Shown here: one piece after another, positions 25,334-35,053 of the stretch
How positions within the stretch are numbered: the first letter of the stretch is position 1
Layout: the number at the start of each line of letters is the position of its first letter
Source: Bacteriovoracaceae bacterium
GTDB taxonomy: Bacteria > Bdellovibrionota > Bacteriovoracia > Bacteriovoracales > Bacteriovoracaceae
Length of the DNA: 64,000 nt
NCBI GenBank assembly: GCA_049415445.1
Contig: JBMSGH010000014.1
Span: forward strand, 6,603-70,602
Reading direction: 5' to 3'
Position numbers and translations under genes: made by a program
Notes under the pieces: model-generated
Database searches by the model: none
Seen by the model: the letters and a program-made list of their open reading frames with translations, nothing else
What the model was told of the DNA's origin: nothing

Positions 25334-26350
25334 CTATTTGATTTTTTCTCTTATTTTTGAGCTCATTGTATCCATCGCCCATACAATTAAAGCGATTATT
25401 ATTATAAGTAGACCAACTTCATTCCATCTTGCAGTGCCTTGATATTGCATGAGCATTGTTCCAATACCACCACCACCAACAAGGCCTATGACGGTTGCCA
25501 TTCGAACGTTGATATCCCAACGATAAATGGTAAAGCTTAAAAATGGTAAAATGATTTGTGGCACAACACCAAACCAAATGACTTGAATAGGGTGGGCGCC
25601 AGTGGAGCGGATGGCATCTAAGGGGCCTTCGTTTATATTTTCAATTTGTTCAGAGTAGAGTTTTGAAAGTGAGGCCACAGAGTGCAGGCAAAGAGCAAGC
25701 ATTCCAGCAAAAGGGCCAATACCGACCCAAACTGAAAATATAATGGCCCAAACAAGGGGCTCAATACTTCTTGTCCCATTAAGGGCAAAACGAGCACCGG
25801 TATAGACTGCTCTAAAGATGAAGGATCCTCGAGTTAAGTTTTTAGCAGCAAAAAAGCTAAGTATAAAGGAGAAGGGGATGGCCAGGGCCGTTGCCATAAA
25901 TGCCATGAAAATTGTTTCAACGGCGGCCTTTAAAGATTCTCCTAAAATATCAAAGTTGGGTTGGAGTAAAGACCAAAATATTCTTTTTGCCCCGTTCATT
26001 CCACTTGCAGATAAAAACTCTCTTAGGGAGATTTGGGAGAAGTGAATACCGTTGATAAAGGTAATAATTAAAATAAAAAGGAAAAGAAGAAAATAGGTCC
26101 TTTTAAAGTAAGGGGTATTTGATTTTTGTGAGAATCCGCGAAATATAGAGCTTTTAGGGATAAAAGAAAAAATTAATGAGAGGACGATTCCTGCGATTAA
26201 ACAAAAAATAAAGTCTTGTGTGTGGTATTCAAGGTACCTAACCTGCAAGAGATAGTTTTGATAAACAATTTTGTATAGTGAAATAGCGGCATATGTCCAT
26301 AAGAGACTATCGAACAAAAAGTATTTTAATTTTTTTCCATTTTCCTTCAT
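25334..26350 (-). CDS. phnE: phosphonate ABC transporter permease
   Basis: It has a polytopic C-terminal ABC permease core with an EAA-like loop (DAIRSTGAHPIQV), sits last in the phnD-C-E order, and carries an N-terminal extension of about 80 aa. Confidence 0.75.
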   Translation of the reverse strand: MKENGKKLKYFLFDSLLWTYAAISLYKIVYQNYLLQVRYLEYHTQDFIFCLIAGIVLSLIFSFIPKSSIFRGFSQKSNTPYFKRTYFLLFLFILIITFINGIHFSQISLREFLSASGMNGAKRIFWSLLQPNFDILGESLKAAVETIFMAFMATALAIPFSFILSFFAAKNLTRGSFIFRAVYTGARFALNGTRSIEPLVWAIIFSVWVGIGPFAGMLALCLHSVASLSKLYSEQIENINEGPLDAIRSTGAHPIQVIWFGVVPQIILPFLSFTIYRWDINVRMATVIGLVGGGGIGTMLMQYQGTARWNEVGLLIIIIALIVWAMDTMSSKIREKIK

Positions 26351-27108
26351 TTAATAAAGACCTCTTTGGCTTTTTCTCCATAAATTTTTCTGAACCAATC
26401 TTCATCAATTTGTTCTGGCTTTCCTTCAAAAATAAGTTGTCCATCTTTGAGGGCGACGACTCTTTGAGCGTACTCTCTCACAAGAGATAAAAAGTGCAAA
26501 TTACATATAATTGTGACACCCAATTCTTCATTAACTTTTTTAAGATAATCCATAACAGAGTGACTTGTTGCTGGGTCTAGACTGGCCACGGGTTCATCAG
26601 CTAAAAGTAGACTTGGGGATTGCATCAGAGCACGAGCAATGGCCACTCTTTGCTTTTGTCCACCACTTAAATTATCTACTCTTTCATATGCCTTATCTTT
26701 TAAACCAACAATATCGAGCATTTTAAAAGCTTCTTCTTTTTGCTCAGGCGAAAATAGCTCAAGAAGTGATTTGAATATTGAGGTTTTATGGAGGGCACCT
26801 GTTAAAACATTAGTTAAGGCCGATTTACGTTCGATAAGGTTAAAGTGTTGAAAAATCATACCCATATTGGATTGGGCCATTCTCATCTCTTCTCCTTTTA
26901 ATGAGGAGATTTCTTGATCATTGAAAATGACTTTGCCTTCAGTGACAGGGTGAAGTTTATTGATACATTTAAGTAGAGTGGATTTGCCCGATCCACTTAA
27001 ACCTATAATAACAAGGAATTCACCTTTTTTAACTTCAAGATTAATATCGTTAAGGGCCTGGAGACCATTAGGGTATACTTTTTTTAAATTTGAAATTTTT
27101 AGCATCAT
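26347..27108 (-). CDS. phnC: phosphonate ABC transporter ATP-binding protein
   Basis: Walker A is GLSGSGKST, the signature LSGGQKQR and Walker B LLLADEP. The PhnC-typical N-terminus is LKKVYPNGLQALNDINL. Confidence 0.9.
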   Translation of the reverse strand: MMLKISNLKKVYPNGLQALNDINLEVKKGEFLVIIGLSGSGKSTLLKCINKLHPVTEGKVIFNDQEISSLKGEEMRMAQSNMGMIFQHFNLIERKSALTNVLTGALHKTSIFKSLLELFSPEQKEEAFKMLDIVGLKDKAYERVDNLSGGQKQRVAIARALMQSPSLLLADEPVASLDPATSHSVMDYLKKVNEELGVTIICNLHFLSLVREYAQRVVALKDGQLIFEGKPEQIDEDWFRKIYGEKAKEVFIK

Positions 27109-28004
27109 TATTTAATTAAGTTTTTAATATCAATTTTAATAGTTCTTATAAGTTCTCTAAGTTTATCATAATCTTCGTCGGTGGCATCAGTCACTCCACT
27201 AACATTATATATATTCTCAAAGACTTCCTTTCCTTGTTCTGATTGGAGAAACTTCTTAGTAGCTTCAATAAATCGGTCTCTTATTTCAATAGGTAGCCCC
27301 TTTCTAAATACAAAAGGGTCATTGGGAATAGGATCTGTAATATGAACAATTTTTACTTTATCTTCAACATCTGGAAATTGTGTTTTTACCAATTGGCGTG
27401 CATCCTTTATCTTTCCGTCTTCACCAGGAGGAGAGTAAAAAGTTGCTCCTGCATCAACTTGGCCTTGGTAGATCATAGTAACAACATTATCGTGCTTTAA
27501 TGCAAATACGGCCTGACGAGGGGTAATCTGTTTATCTTTAAAAGCTTTAAGAGCAAGGAGGTAGCCACTTGTAGAACTACTATCGGTGAAAGCGAATCTT
27601 TTACCTTCAATATCTTCTATTTTTTTTATTCCACTGTTGGCGTGAGCAATAATTTGACCTTTATAGTTATCATAACCGTGACGAATAACTTTAAGTCTTG
27701 CATAGGCCCCATATTTTTGATGGGCAAGGATGTAACCAAATGAGTTCATAACGCCAATATCAGCTCTTTTTGAGCCAAATGCTTCAACTACAGAAATGTA
27801 ATTTGTTGGAATACCGGTTTTGAAATAAAGGTTAGTTTCCTTTTCCAAAAACTCTATAAAAACTCTGGAGTTTTGTGAAATAACTCCACCATCAACAGAG
27901 GGGGTAAAGTAAAGTTTAACGGGGTTGTCTTTCGTACCAAGCTGACTGGAGCTAAAGCAGCCCGCAATAAAAGGTAATAATAACCAAATTAATCTCATTC
28001 CCAT
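27108..28004 (-). CDS. phnD: phosphonate/phosphite ABC transporter substrate-binding lipoprotein
   Basis: Lipobox IAGC. The PhnD-type pattern is YFTPSVD ... FTDSSSTSGYL. Confidence 0.8.
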   Translation of the reverse strand: MGMRLIWLLLPFIAGCFSSSQLGTKDNPVKLYFTPSVDGGVISQNSRVFIEFLEKETNLYFKTGIPTNYISVVEAFGSKRADIGVMNSFGYILAHQKYGAYARLKVIRHGYDNYKGQIIAHANSGIKKIEDIEGKRFAFTDSSSTSGYLLALKAFKDKQITPRQAVFALKHDNVVTMIYQGQVDAGATFYSPPGEDGKIKDARQLVKTQFPDVEDKVKIVHITDPIPNDPFVFRKGLPIEIRDRFIEATKKFLQSEQGKEVFENIYNVSGVTDATDEDYDKLRELIRTIKIDIKNLIK

Positions 28005-28062
28005 TTTTAGACCTTTTTTGCTATTTTAACTTATCTTCAATAAAGAAAATAGGAAGCAAAAT

Positions 28063-29244
28063 ATGGACTGGAACACTACGCGCTTAGATACCCCCTCATG
28101 TCAAAAGATGATTCATTTTAATAATGCAGGCTCTTCATTAATGCCAGACCCTGTCATTAATGAAGTTCTAGACTATATAAAAAGAGAAAATGAGATTGGT
28201 GGCTATGAGCTGATGTTTCAAGAGTCCGCAAGATTCACTCAAGTATATGAGAGTATAGCAGAGCTCATCAATGCAGGAAGTGATGAAATCGCTCTATTTG
28301 AAAATGCGACAAGGGCCTTTCAGGCGCTGATTTACGGTCTAAGTTTTAAGCCTGGCGATATTATTTTAACTTCTAGCTCAGAGTATATAAGTAATTACCT
28401 CAGCTTTCTTCATTTAAAAAAAACAAAAGGGGTTCAAATTATACATTTGAAAGAGGATGAGCATGGTCAAACTTCAATTGAAGACTTTAAGCAAAAGTGT
28501 AAAGAGCTTAAAAATATTAAATTAGTCTCTCTTTGTCATATTCCCACTCAAAGTGGTCTCATTAATTTGGCCAAGGAGTTTGGTGAAGTTGCTAGAGACG
28601 AAGGTATTTTTTATTTTCTAGATACAACTCAATCCGTAGGGCATCTTCATATTGATGTGGAAGAAATAGGCTGTGATGCGATAGTAGGAACAGGAAGAAA
28701 ATATTTAAGAGGCCCAAGAGGAACCGGTTTTCTTTATGTAAAGAAATCAAAACAATCAGGTATAGATAATTATATTGTAGATAATTTATCTGCCGTTTTA
28801 GTTGATTCTAATAATTATAAGGAAGTTGATGATTTAAAAGGAAAGGAGACATGGGAGAAGAATTACGCTCTTATTGTAGGCCTAGGTAAAGCATGTGAAT
28901 ATGCTTTAAAAATAGGAACTAAAAATATAGAGAGCAGATGCCTGGAGTTAGGATCTCAGTTTAGAGAAAAATTGTCTCGTATTCCTAATGTTAAGGTCCA
29001 GGACCCAGGTCTTCATCAATCGGCCTTAGTAACCTTTTCTGTGGAAAATTATTCGAGTGAATTTTTATGTGAGAAACTTTTTGAAAATAAGGCCAATACA
29101 ACTTGGGTGCCTGAAGCGAGAGCACTTTTAGACTTTAAGCCTAGAGGTATATCAGATGTTGTGAGGGCCTCATTACATTATTTTAACTCTGCAGATGAAA
29201 TAGATAAATTTATTGATCTTCTTAAGAGTTTAATAAAGAAATAA
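28063..29244 (+). CDS. class V aminotransferase-fold PLP enzyme (cysteine desulfurase/epimerase-like)
   Basis: HFNNAGSSLMP is present, with the PLP-Lys region GTGRKYLRGPRGTGFLYV. Confidence 0.7.
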   Translation: MDWNTTRLDTPSCQKMIHFNNAGSSLMPDPVINEVLDYIKRENEIGGYELMFQESARFTQVYESIAELINAGSDEIALFENATRAFQALIYGLSFKPGDIILTSSSEYISNYLSFLHLKKTKGVQIIHLKEDEHGQTSIEDFKQKCKELKNIKLVSLCHIPTQSGLINLAKEFGEVARDEGIFYFLDTTQSVGHLHIDVEEIGCDAIVGTGRKYLRGPRGTGFLYVKKSKQSGIDNYIVDNLSAVLVDSNNYKEVDDLKGKETWEKNYALIVGLGKACEYALKIGTKNIESRCLELGSQFREKLSRIPNVKVQDPGLHQSALVTFSVENYSSEFLCEKLFENKANTTWVPEARALLDFKPRGISDVVRASLHYFNSADEIDKFIDLLKSLIKK

Positions 29245-29707
29245 GGTCTTTTTCAATAGTATTTACAGAATCCTTGGGAGCATACCTTTTATAAGGTTTG
29301 CCTTTATTATCAACTAAAAATTTAGTGAAGTTCCACTTGATGGCCTCGGTGCCCATAATACCTGGTAGGTTGGATTTTAGGTATTTGAATAATGGGTGCT
29401 CATTGTCTCCATTGACTTCAATTTTTTTAAATACAGGAAAAGTAACATCATAATGTGTTTGGCAAAAGTTGAGAATTTCAGTAGAGTCTCCCGGCTCTTG
29501 CTTACCAAATTGATTGCAAGGAAAGCCAAGAACCATAAGCCCTTTTTCGCTGTATTTTTTATAAAGGGACTCTAGATCTTTATACTGTGGTGTAAACCCA
29601 CACTTACTTGCTGTGTTAACAATAATCAGAACTTTTCCTTCAAGTTCTGAGAATTTTAGTTCTTGTCCATTTATCAATGTTGCTGAAAAATCATATATAG
29701 TGGTCAT
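29222..29707 (-). CDS. glutathione peroxidase (Cys-type)
   Basis: NTASKCGFTPQY, GFPCNQFGKQEPG and WNFTKFLV motifs are present. Confidence 0.9.
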   Translation of the reverse strand: MTTIYDFSATLINGQELKFSELEGKVLIIVNTASKCGFTPQYKDLESLYKKYSEKGLMVLGFPCNQFGKQEPGDSTEILNFCQTHYDVTFPVFKKIEVNGDNEHPLFKYLKSNLPGIMGTEAIKWNFTKFLVDNKGKPYKRYAPKDSVNTIEKDLISLLNS

Positions 29708-30839
29708 ATTAAAGTCTTTTATTATTCTAATTCTAATTACTGCAAAAGCTTATAGCTCTATATCAATACCTCAATCAAATTTTCCTGTCGACTATGAAAT
29801 GCGTAAGCGTGTCAATTTTTGGAAAAAAGTTTATACGGAGATCAATACAAATAGGGGATATATTCACGACACGGATAGGCCATGGATTATTTATGAAAAT
29901 ATAAGCCTTAAAGGATTAAACCGAAAAAAGGCCAATAAGAAAATAAAGCATTTAACTTATAGAGTGAAGCTTGCCCTTAATAAATTGGCCAAAAGAAAAA
30001 AAAATAAACAATCAATACATAAGATGAAATATGCCAACTTAGTAGGAAACCTTTCAGTAAAAAATATAAGAAAATCTGCTTCAAAAATACGTTTCCAAAG
30101 AGGGATGTCGGATAGGTTTTATAAAGGCCACAAGAAGGCCTTTAAGTACCTCGATCATATGAAAAAAATATTTACTACAAAATCTCTTCCTTTAGAGTTG
30201 ACTTATCTTCCTCATGTAGAGAGTTCTTTTAATATTAAGGCACACTCAAAAAGTGATGCTGTCGGTATTTGGCAAGTACTTAAGCCTATTGGCAGAAAAC
30301 TAGGTCTTATGATTAATCAAGATATTGATGAAAGACTGGACCCTATAAAGTCATCCCGAGCAGCGGCTTTACTGCTTAAAGAAAATTATAAAGTCTTAGG
30401 CTCTTGGCCTTTGGCAGTAACAGCTTATAATACAGGGCCTGCCATATTGAGAAGAGCGGTTAAAAAGTTAAAAACGAGTAATTTATCGACAATAGTTGAA
30501 AAGTTTAGGGCCAGAAATTGGGGTTTTGCTTCAAGAAACTTTTATGCAACTTTTGTCGCAGTAACTGAAGTTTCAATTAATATAAATAAGTATGCTAACT
30601 TAAGGAGTTGGAAAAAAGAGAGTCCTATCTCATTTCAGTCCATAAAAACCACGGAAGTATATCCACTGCCGAAGCTATTAAAGGCGCTTGGTAAATATAA
30701 AAATGAATTTATTGACTTAAATCCCGCGATTCGAAAAAGATCATTCAAAAAAAGAGTCTTGATTCCTAGAGATTTTACACTTCACTTACCAAGTGAGTTG
30801 ATTTCAAAAAAAGGAGAGATATTAAAGCAATTGAAATAA
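29700..30839 (+). CDS. exported lytic transglycosylase (SLT domain, MltD-like)
   Basis: The SLT catalytic block is LPHVESSFNIKAHSKSDAVGIWQ ... AYNTGP. I moved the start to GTG 29700, which yields signal peptide MVILKSFIILILITAKAYS. The ORF-track start at 29613 lies inside the divergent gpx gene. Confidence 0.6.
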   Translation: MVILKSFIILILITAKAYSSISIPQSNFPVDYEMRKRVNFWKKVYTEINTNRGYIHDTDRPWIIYENISLKGLNRKKANKKIKHLTYRVKLALNKLAKRKKNKQSIHKMKYANLVGNLSVKNIRKSASKIRFQRGMSDRFYKGHKKAFKYLDHMKKIFTTKSLPLELTYLPHVESSFNIKAHSKSDAVGIWQVLKPIGRKLGLMINQDIDERLDPIKSSRAAALLLKENYKVLGSWPLAVTAYNTGPAILRRAVKKLKTSNLSTIVEKFRARNWGFASRNFYATFVAVTEVSININKYANLRSWKKESPISFQSIKTTEVYPLPKLLKALGKYKNEFIDLNPAIRKRSFKKRVLIPRDFTLHLPSELISKKGEILKQLK

Positions 30840-30846
30840 TTTAAGC

Positions 30847-31503
30847 TTATTTTTTTTTCTGATCATTGATTTCAAGCATATTGGTGTCACCAATATATTC
30901 CTTTATTTTAATGTTTCCTGTCTTGATTAAATCTTCAATATTTTTAACAACATAAGTTATTTTATCGAGAGAACTTTTAATTTTATTAATATTTTCTTGA
31001 GAGATTTGATCACGGTCTTTTAGGTTTCCATAAGCAACAAGTAATGGGTTGTTGATTTGATGATTATAAGTTGCTACCGCTGAGTTTAATGTTTTTATTT
31101 TATTGATCTCTATGAGCTCTTTATTAAGATCCATAATAAGAAGCAAGTTATTTATTCTTGCAATGGTTATTGTTGTATCAACGGGTTTACCAATAAAGTC
31201 ATTAGCTCCAACTTCTAATGCTTGAACAATATCTGAAGGCCCTTTCTTGGATGTAATAACAATAATGGGTAAATCATTTTTAGGGATATGATCTCTAATG
31301 ATCTTGATGGCATCGAAACCACTCATTCCTGGCATCACATTATCCATGACGATGCATTCTATTTCTTCTTTTTGAATTATTTCTAGACAATGGTTCGGGG
31401 TGTCCAAACTATGTACTTCAAAACCCTCTTTTTCAAGAACTCGAGTAAGCTTTACTCTAGTGACTTCATCATCTTCAATAATCAATATTTTTCGTTTTGT
31501 CAT
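30847..31503 (-). CDS. receiver domain fused to a HisKA-like (DHp) helix pair, no ATPase domain
   Basis: REC motifs are ILIIEDDE, CIVMDNVMPGMSG, VITSK and ANDFIGKP. They are followed by ATYNHQINNPLLVAYGNL, an H-box-like sequence close to the 23411 kinase. The protein ends after about 60 more residues. Confidence 0.7.
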   Translation of the reverse strand: MTKRKILIIEDDEVTRVKLTRVLEKEGFEVHSLDTPNHCLEIIQKEEIECIVMDNVMPGMSGFDAIKIIRDHIPKNDLPIIVITSKKGPSDIVQALEVGANDFIGKPVDTTITIARINNLLLIMDLNKELIEINKIKTLNSAVATYNHQINNPLLVAYGNLKDRDQISQENINKIKSSLDKITYVVKNIEDLIKTGNIKIKEYIGDTNMLEINDQKKK

Positions 31504-31595
31504 GAGGTTACCTGTGCAAACCTATCGGATAATTTGCATTTATTTTAAAATCGTAGAAGTAACTGATAGAATAAATAATTATTATTGGAGTTAGG

Positions 31596-31952
31596 ATGGG
31601 CTATATTGATCTTAGTAAAATGAAACAAGAGTACGTTGGAGATGAAGATATTCTTCTAGAGTTGATAAGTATTTTACTTACAACTTATAAAGAAAAAATG
31701 TCGACTTTGGAAGAAGGAATTAAATCGAGAAACCTAAATGATATTGAAATGTTTTCACATAACCTGAAAGGGACATTTTCAAATTTTCACGCAGAAGCAG
31801 TTTCAAATGGTTTTAAAGAAATTGAATTTATGGTTAAGGATAATAATGTAGAAGGATTGGATGATAAATTTAAAGCATTAGAGGCCGTAATAGAAGATGT
31901 TGTCGTTGAGCTTAATAATATAAAGTCTGATTTAGAGCAAAAAAAGGATTAA
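31596..31952 (+). CDS. histidine phosphotransfer (Hpt) domain protein
   Basis: The motif is FSHNLKGTFSNFHA (HxLKG) within a 118-aa four-helix-sized protein. Confidence 0.7.
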   Translation: MGYIDLSKMKQEYVGDEDILLELISILLTTYKEKMSTLEEGIKSRNLNDIEMFSHNLKGTFSNFHAEAVSNGFKEIEFMVKDNNVEGLDDKFKALEAVIEDVVVELNNIKSDLEQKKD

Positions 31953-31954
31953 GC

Positions 31955-33088
31955 TTGCACCTAAAACAAGATTTACTTTACCTTACCCTTTTTACCTTAA
32001 TACAAGTTCTTCCTAAGATATTTCAAAGGTTTAAAATTCCCTCTGGTATCACCGCTCTTTTTATTGGTGCATTTGCTATAATTTTTCAGCCTCAGTTGAT
32101 TGATGATTCTTTAATAAAGTTTTTGTCTCAAATTGGTATTACCTCGCTTTTTGTATTTGCAGGTTTGGAGGTAGATTTCAAAGAACTTTATAAAGATAGA
32201 GTATACCTCATTAAATATCTGCTGAGCTCTATTCTCATCATTGGTGTTATATGCTCTACGATTTATTATTTTTTTAAGGTTCCCCTACAAGAGTCTTTTA
32301 TTTTGGCCTTAGGGATTTTTACACCATCAGCAGGTTTTATTATTAATTCTATACACTCCTTTGAGCTTTCTTCTAATCAAGAGTATTGGGTTAAGTCCAA
32401 GGCAATTAGTAAAGAGATTGTGGCCATTTTTCTTCTTTTTATCGCTCTCCAAGCTAATGATATAAAAATGCTTCTGCTTTCCTTGTCCTTTTTTGTCGTA
32501 CTCTTTTTCTTATTACCCTATTTGTTTAGATTCTTTTTTAGGTATATTTCCCCTTATGCCCCTGACTCAGAGCTTCCTTTTTTAGTTGTTCTTTCATTGT
32601 TAGCAGGAGTTCTCTCCAAAGAATTAGGCGCTTACTATTTAGTAGGTGCTTTTGCTGTTGGAATAGTTGCTTCGCAATTTAAAAATAAGATCCTTAAAAA
32701 AGATCAAGAGGCCATATTTTCAAGTCTTGAGAACTTTTTTAATATTTTCTTACCCTTTTACTTTTTCTACGCCGGGCTAAAAATTATAGTGTCAGATATA
32801 AGTCTGAAGGCCGTTCTTGTTGCTATTTGTTTTAGTCTCATTTTCATACCTGTAAGAGTTTTTCTTATTCGTATCTTTTTAGGTGGGCTTCAACAAAAGA
32901 GAAAAGAATCAACTTTTAATATTTCACTATCTTTAATGCCAACTCTCGTTTTTGGACTTGTTATTATGAGCATTTTAAAAGAGAGGGCCATTTTACCTTC
33001 TTATCTTATCTATGCTCTTATTATTTACACAATAATAACAAGTTTACTTCCTAGTATTGTTTTTAGTTTTCGTAATAAAGAAGAGTGA
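31955..33088 (+). CDS. cation:proton antiporter (CPA-type) membrane protein
   Basis: About 11-12 TM segments. The TTG start lies 2 nt after the Hpt stop. It resembles the Na+/H+ exchanger family. Confidence 0.55.
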   Translation: MHLKQDLLYLTLFTLIQVLPKIFQRFKIPSGITALFIGAFAIIFQPQLIDDSLIKFLSQIGITSLFVFAGLEVDFKELYKDRVYLIKYLLSSILIIGVICSTIYYFFKVPLQESFILALGIFTPSAGFIINSIHSFELSSNQEYWVKSKAISKEIVAIFLLFIALQANDIKMLLLSLSFFVVLFFLLPYLFRFFFRYISPYAPDSELPFLVVLSLLAGVLSKELGAYYLVGAFAVGIVASQFKNKILKKDQEAIFSSLENFFNIFLPFYFFYAGLKIIVSDISLKAVLVAICFSLIFIPVRVFLIRIFLGGLQQKRKESTFNISLSLMPTLVFGLVIMSILKERAILPSYLIYALIIYTIITSLLPSIVFSFRNKEE

Positions 33089-34135
33089 TTAACGGTTGAT
33101 TCTTTTATTAGGCGAAAGGTTTAATATAAAGTCAGGTAGAATATTTTTTATTTTCTTATCAATACCTTCTTTATCTTTTTGATATTTAATACCCACAACG
33201 ATAATAATAAGGCCAATAAGGCTTATTGCTATTGGGAATGAGAGAAAGTCTTTAAAAACTTTATTGGCCAAATGACCGAGATAGGATATGCAACCAAGAG
33301 CACCACAGACTATAAAAACTCTTCTTTCAAATAGGACTGAAATAAAGATAAAAAAGAGGTTGATGCCAAAATATATAAATTTATTTAGCTCGCTATCAGT
33401 GTTCATCGTACTTAATCCACCCCAAAACGCGAGCATTCCAAAAAGATAACCCCAAAAAGCATAGTCTAATTTAGTTCTTCTATCCCAAAGATAGGAAATA
33501 AATAAGATGAAAGCTCCAAAAATAACGGAGACTAATTTTCTTTCATCCCAGGTATAATCTGTTTTTCCAAAAAGTAGTGGAGTTAAGTCCATGGACATAT
33601 ACCAAAGAGATAAAAATATTGGTGCCGAAATAAATGTAAACTTAATAAAGTGAAGCATGATGAGTCCAGCAATGATGGTACCTATCTCGAGGAAGAACCA
33701 TGAGCCTTTTACCCAAAGATGATAATTTTGATATTTTCCTGGGTCGCCTTGTGGCCACAGTCCGGTCATTTTTTGAAATCCAAATATCGCTAAAGGAACG
33801 AGGCATACAGCGATACTAGAAGTAAGTCCACCTGCAACCTCAAGGTCTTTTTTATGAAATAAGTAATACCCTAAGTAAGAAAATACTGAAACATATACAA
33901 GACCTAGGGTAAATAGAGCGGTACCACCGGCCTTATTCCATGCCTCGTTTATGAACCAACCCATACCAAAAATAATGAGAAGAGCACCCAGATAATAGAT
34001 GACATGAACTAAATCAAACCTTGATTTAAGGCCAGGTCTAGATTCGAGTGCAGACCACAACGGACTAACTTGCTCTTTGTTTATTAACCCTTCTTCTGAT
34101 GCCCACTCCAAATCTTCTTTTTTTAATTTAATCAT
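33089..34135 (-). CDS. polytopic membrane protein (DUF2157-like)
   Basis: A soluble N-terminal segment of about 40 aa is followed by about 10 TM helices. The family call is tentative. Confidence 0.45.
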   Translation of the reverse strand: MIKLKKEDLEWASEEGLINKEQVSPLWSALESRPGLKSRFDLVHVIYYLGALLIIFGMGWFINEAWNKAGGTALFTLGLVYVSVFSYLGYYLFHKKDLEVAGGLTSSIAVCLVPLAIFGFQKMTGLWPQGDPGKYQNYHLWVKGSWFFLEIGTIIAGLIMLHFIKFTFISAPIFLSLWYMSMDLTPLLFGKTDYTWDERKLVSVIFGAFILFISYLWDRRTKLDYAFWGYLFGMLAFWGGLSTMNTDSELNKFIYFGINLFFIFISVLFERRVFIVCGALGCISYLGHLANKVFKDFLSFPIAISLIGLIIIVVGIKYQKDKEGIDKKIKNILPDFILNLSPNKRINR

Positions 34136-34195
34136 AGAAATATTGTAGAGCTAAAAGAAGGTAAGAGCTAAGTAGGAAATATAGTCGTAAGAAAA

Positions 34196-34272
34196 TGGGG
34201 TGACCGACCGGGCTCGAACCGGCGACAACCAGAATCACAATCTGGCGCTCTACCAACTGAACTACGGTCACC
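34196..34272 (-). tRNA. tRNA-His (GTG), with encoded G-1 and CCA
   Basis: The minus strand reads GGTGACCGTAGTTCAGTTGGTAGAGCGCCAGATTGTGATTCTGGTTGTCGCCGGTTCGAGCCCGGTCGGTCACCCCA. The extra 5' G pairing with C73 is the His identity element. Confidence 0.9.
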
Positions 34273-34341
34273 ACAATGAAAAGCTTTTATAAGACTAAGA
34301 CTCTCTTTAGTCAATTCTTAATGATATTGCATGGCATAAGA

Positions 34342-34887
34342 TTAAGGTAAGAAATTAGAATTAACGATCTTACATGCAGGTGATTCCTTTTGCTGACAGG
34401 CCTGTAGTATTCTTTGAGAAAGCTGACCTATATTTTTAACATCATTGAAAGTAGTGCCGCTCTCTTCACGTTTACTTGTATTGATCTGTACTGGGAAGGT
34501 GTGACCTGGTGGATATCCATTCAACTTGCTATTTATTACTTGAAACTTAGCAAATCCTCCAAAACGAGTCATATACATATCTTTTACAATAACAAAGACG
34601 CCTAATCTAACGATCTTACTACTGTAAATAAGCGTATCTCCGGTACAAATTAAATCAGCATCATCTCTACCATAAATTTTTGGTCTAGGTACCTTATAGA
34701 GCTTAGCACAAAATCCATTTGGCTTTTCGTAACTGGATAGACCTTGGGCGACTTGTCCTATGCTTAAACCATAATTGGCCGGATTGACCTCTATCATACT
34801 TCCAGTCTTTATGGCCGCTAGGTCTTTGTGACCCACCAAAGCATAGGCATTATTAAAAAAGAAAAACAATAGTATCAGATATTTCAT
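34342..34887 (-). CDS. exported hypothetical protein
   Basis: Signal peptide MKYLILLFFFFNNAYA. No family recognised. Confidence 0.45.
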   Translation of the reverse strand: MKYLILLFFFFNNAYALVGHKDLAAIKTGSMIEVNPANYGLSIGQVAQGLSSYEKPNGFCAKLYKVPRPKIYGRDDADLICTGDTLIYSSKIVRLGVFVIVKDMYMTRFGGFAKFQVINSKLNGYPPGHTFPVQINTSKREESGTTFNDVKNIGQLSQRILQACQQKESPACKIVNSNFLP

Positions 34888-35053
34888 AAATCCATCTCCG
34901 TTAAGGTATTATATTGCGACTATTCGCATTAATCAACTAAAGAAAAATTACTTGATTCAAAGTCACATTCTTTTTGTTTAGGGTGAACTTTGACGTTTTT
35001 CACCTCAAGTCATTATACTTAAAGAAGATTAAACCTTTGTTCGAGGATATATT

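Noticed and set aside
25334-28004. phnDCE transporter without C-P lyase or phosphonatase genes
   Set aside because: Stand-alone PhnCDE-type uptake systems, which also serve phosphite and phosphate esters, are common. The neighbouring class V aminotransferase does not look like PhnW. This is treated as ordinary.
29613-29707. ORF-track start of the lytic transglycosylase inside the divergent glutathione peroxidase gene
   Set aside because: A 95-nt head-to-head coding overlap is implausible. A GTG at 29700 gives a proper signal peptide. Some uncertainty remains, because even this start overlaps the gpx start by 8 nt.
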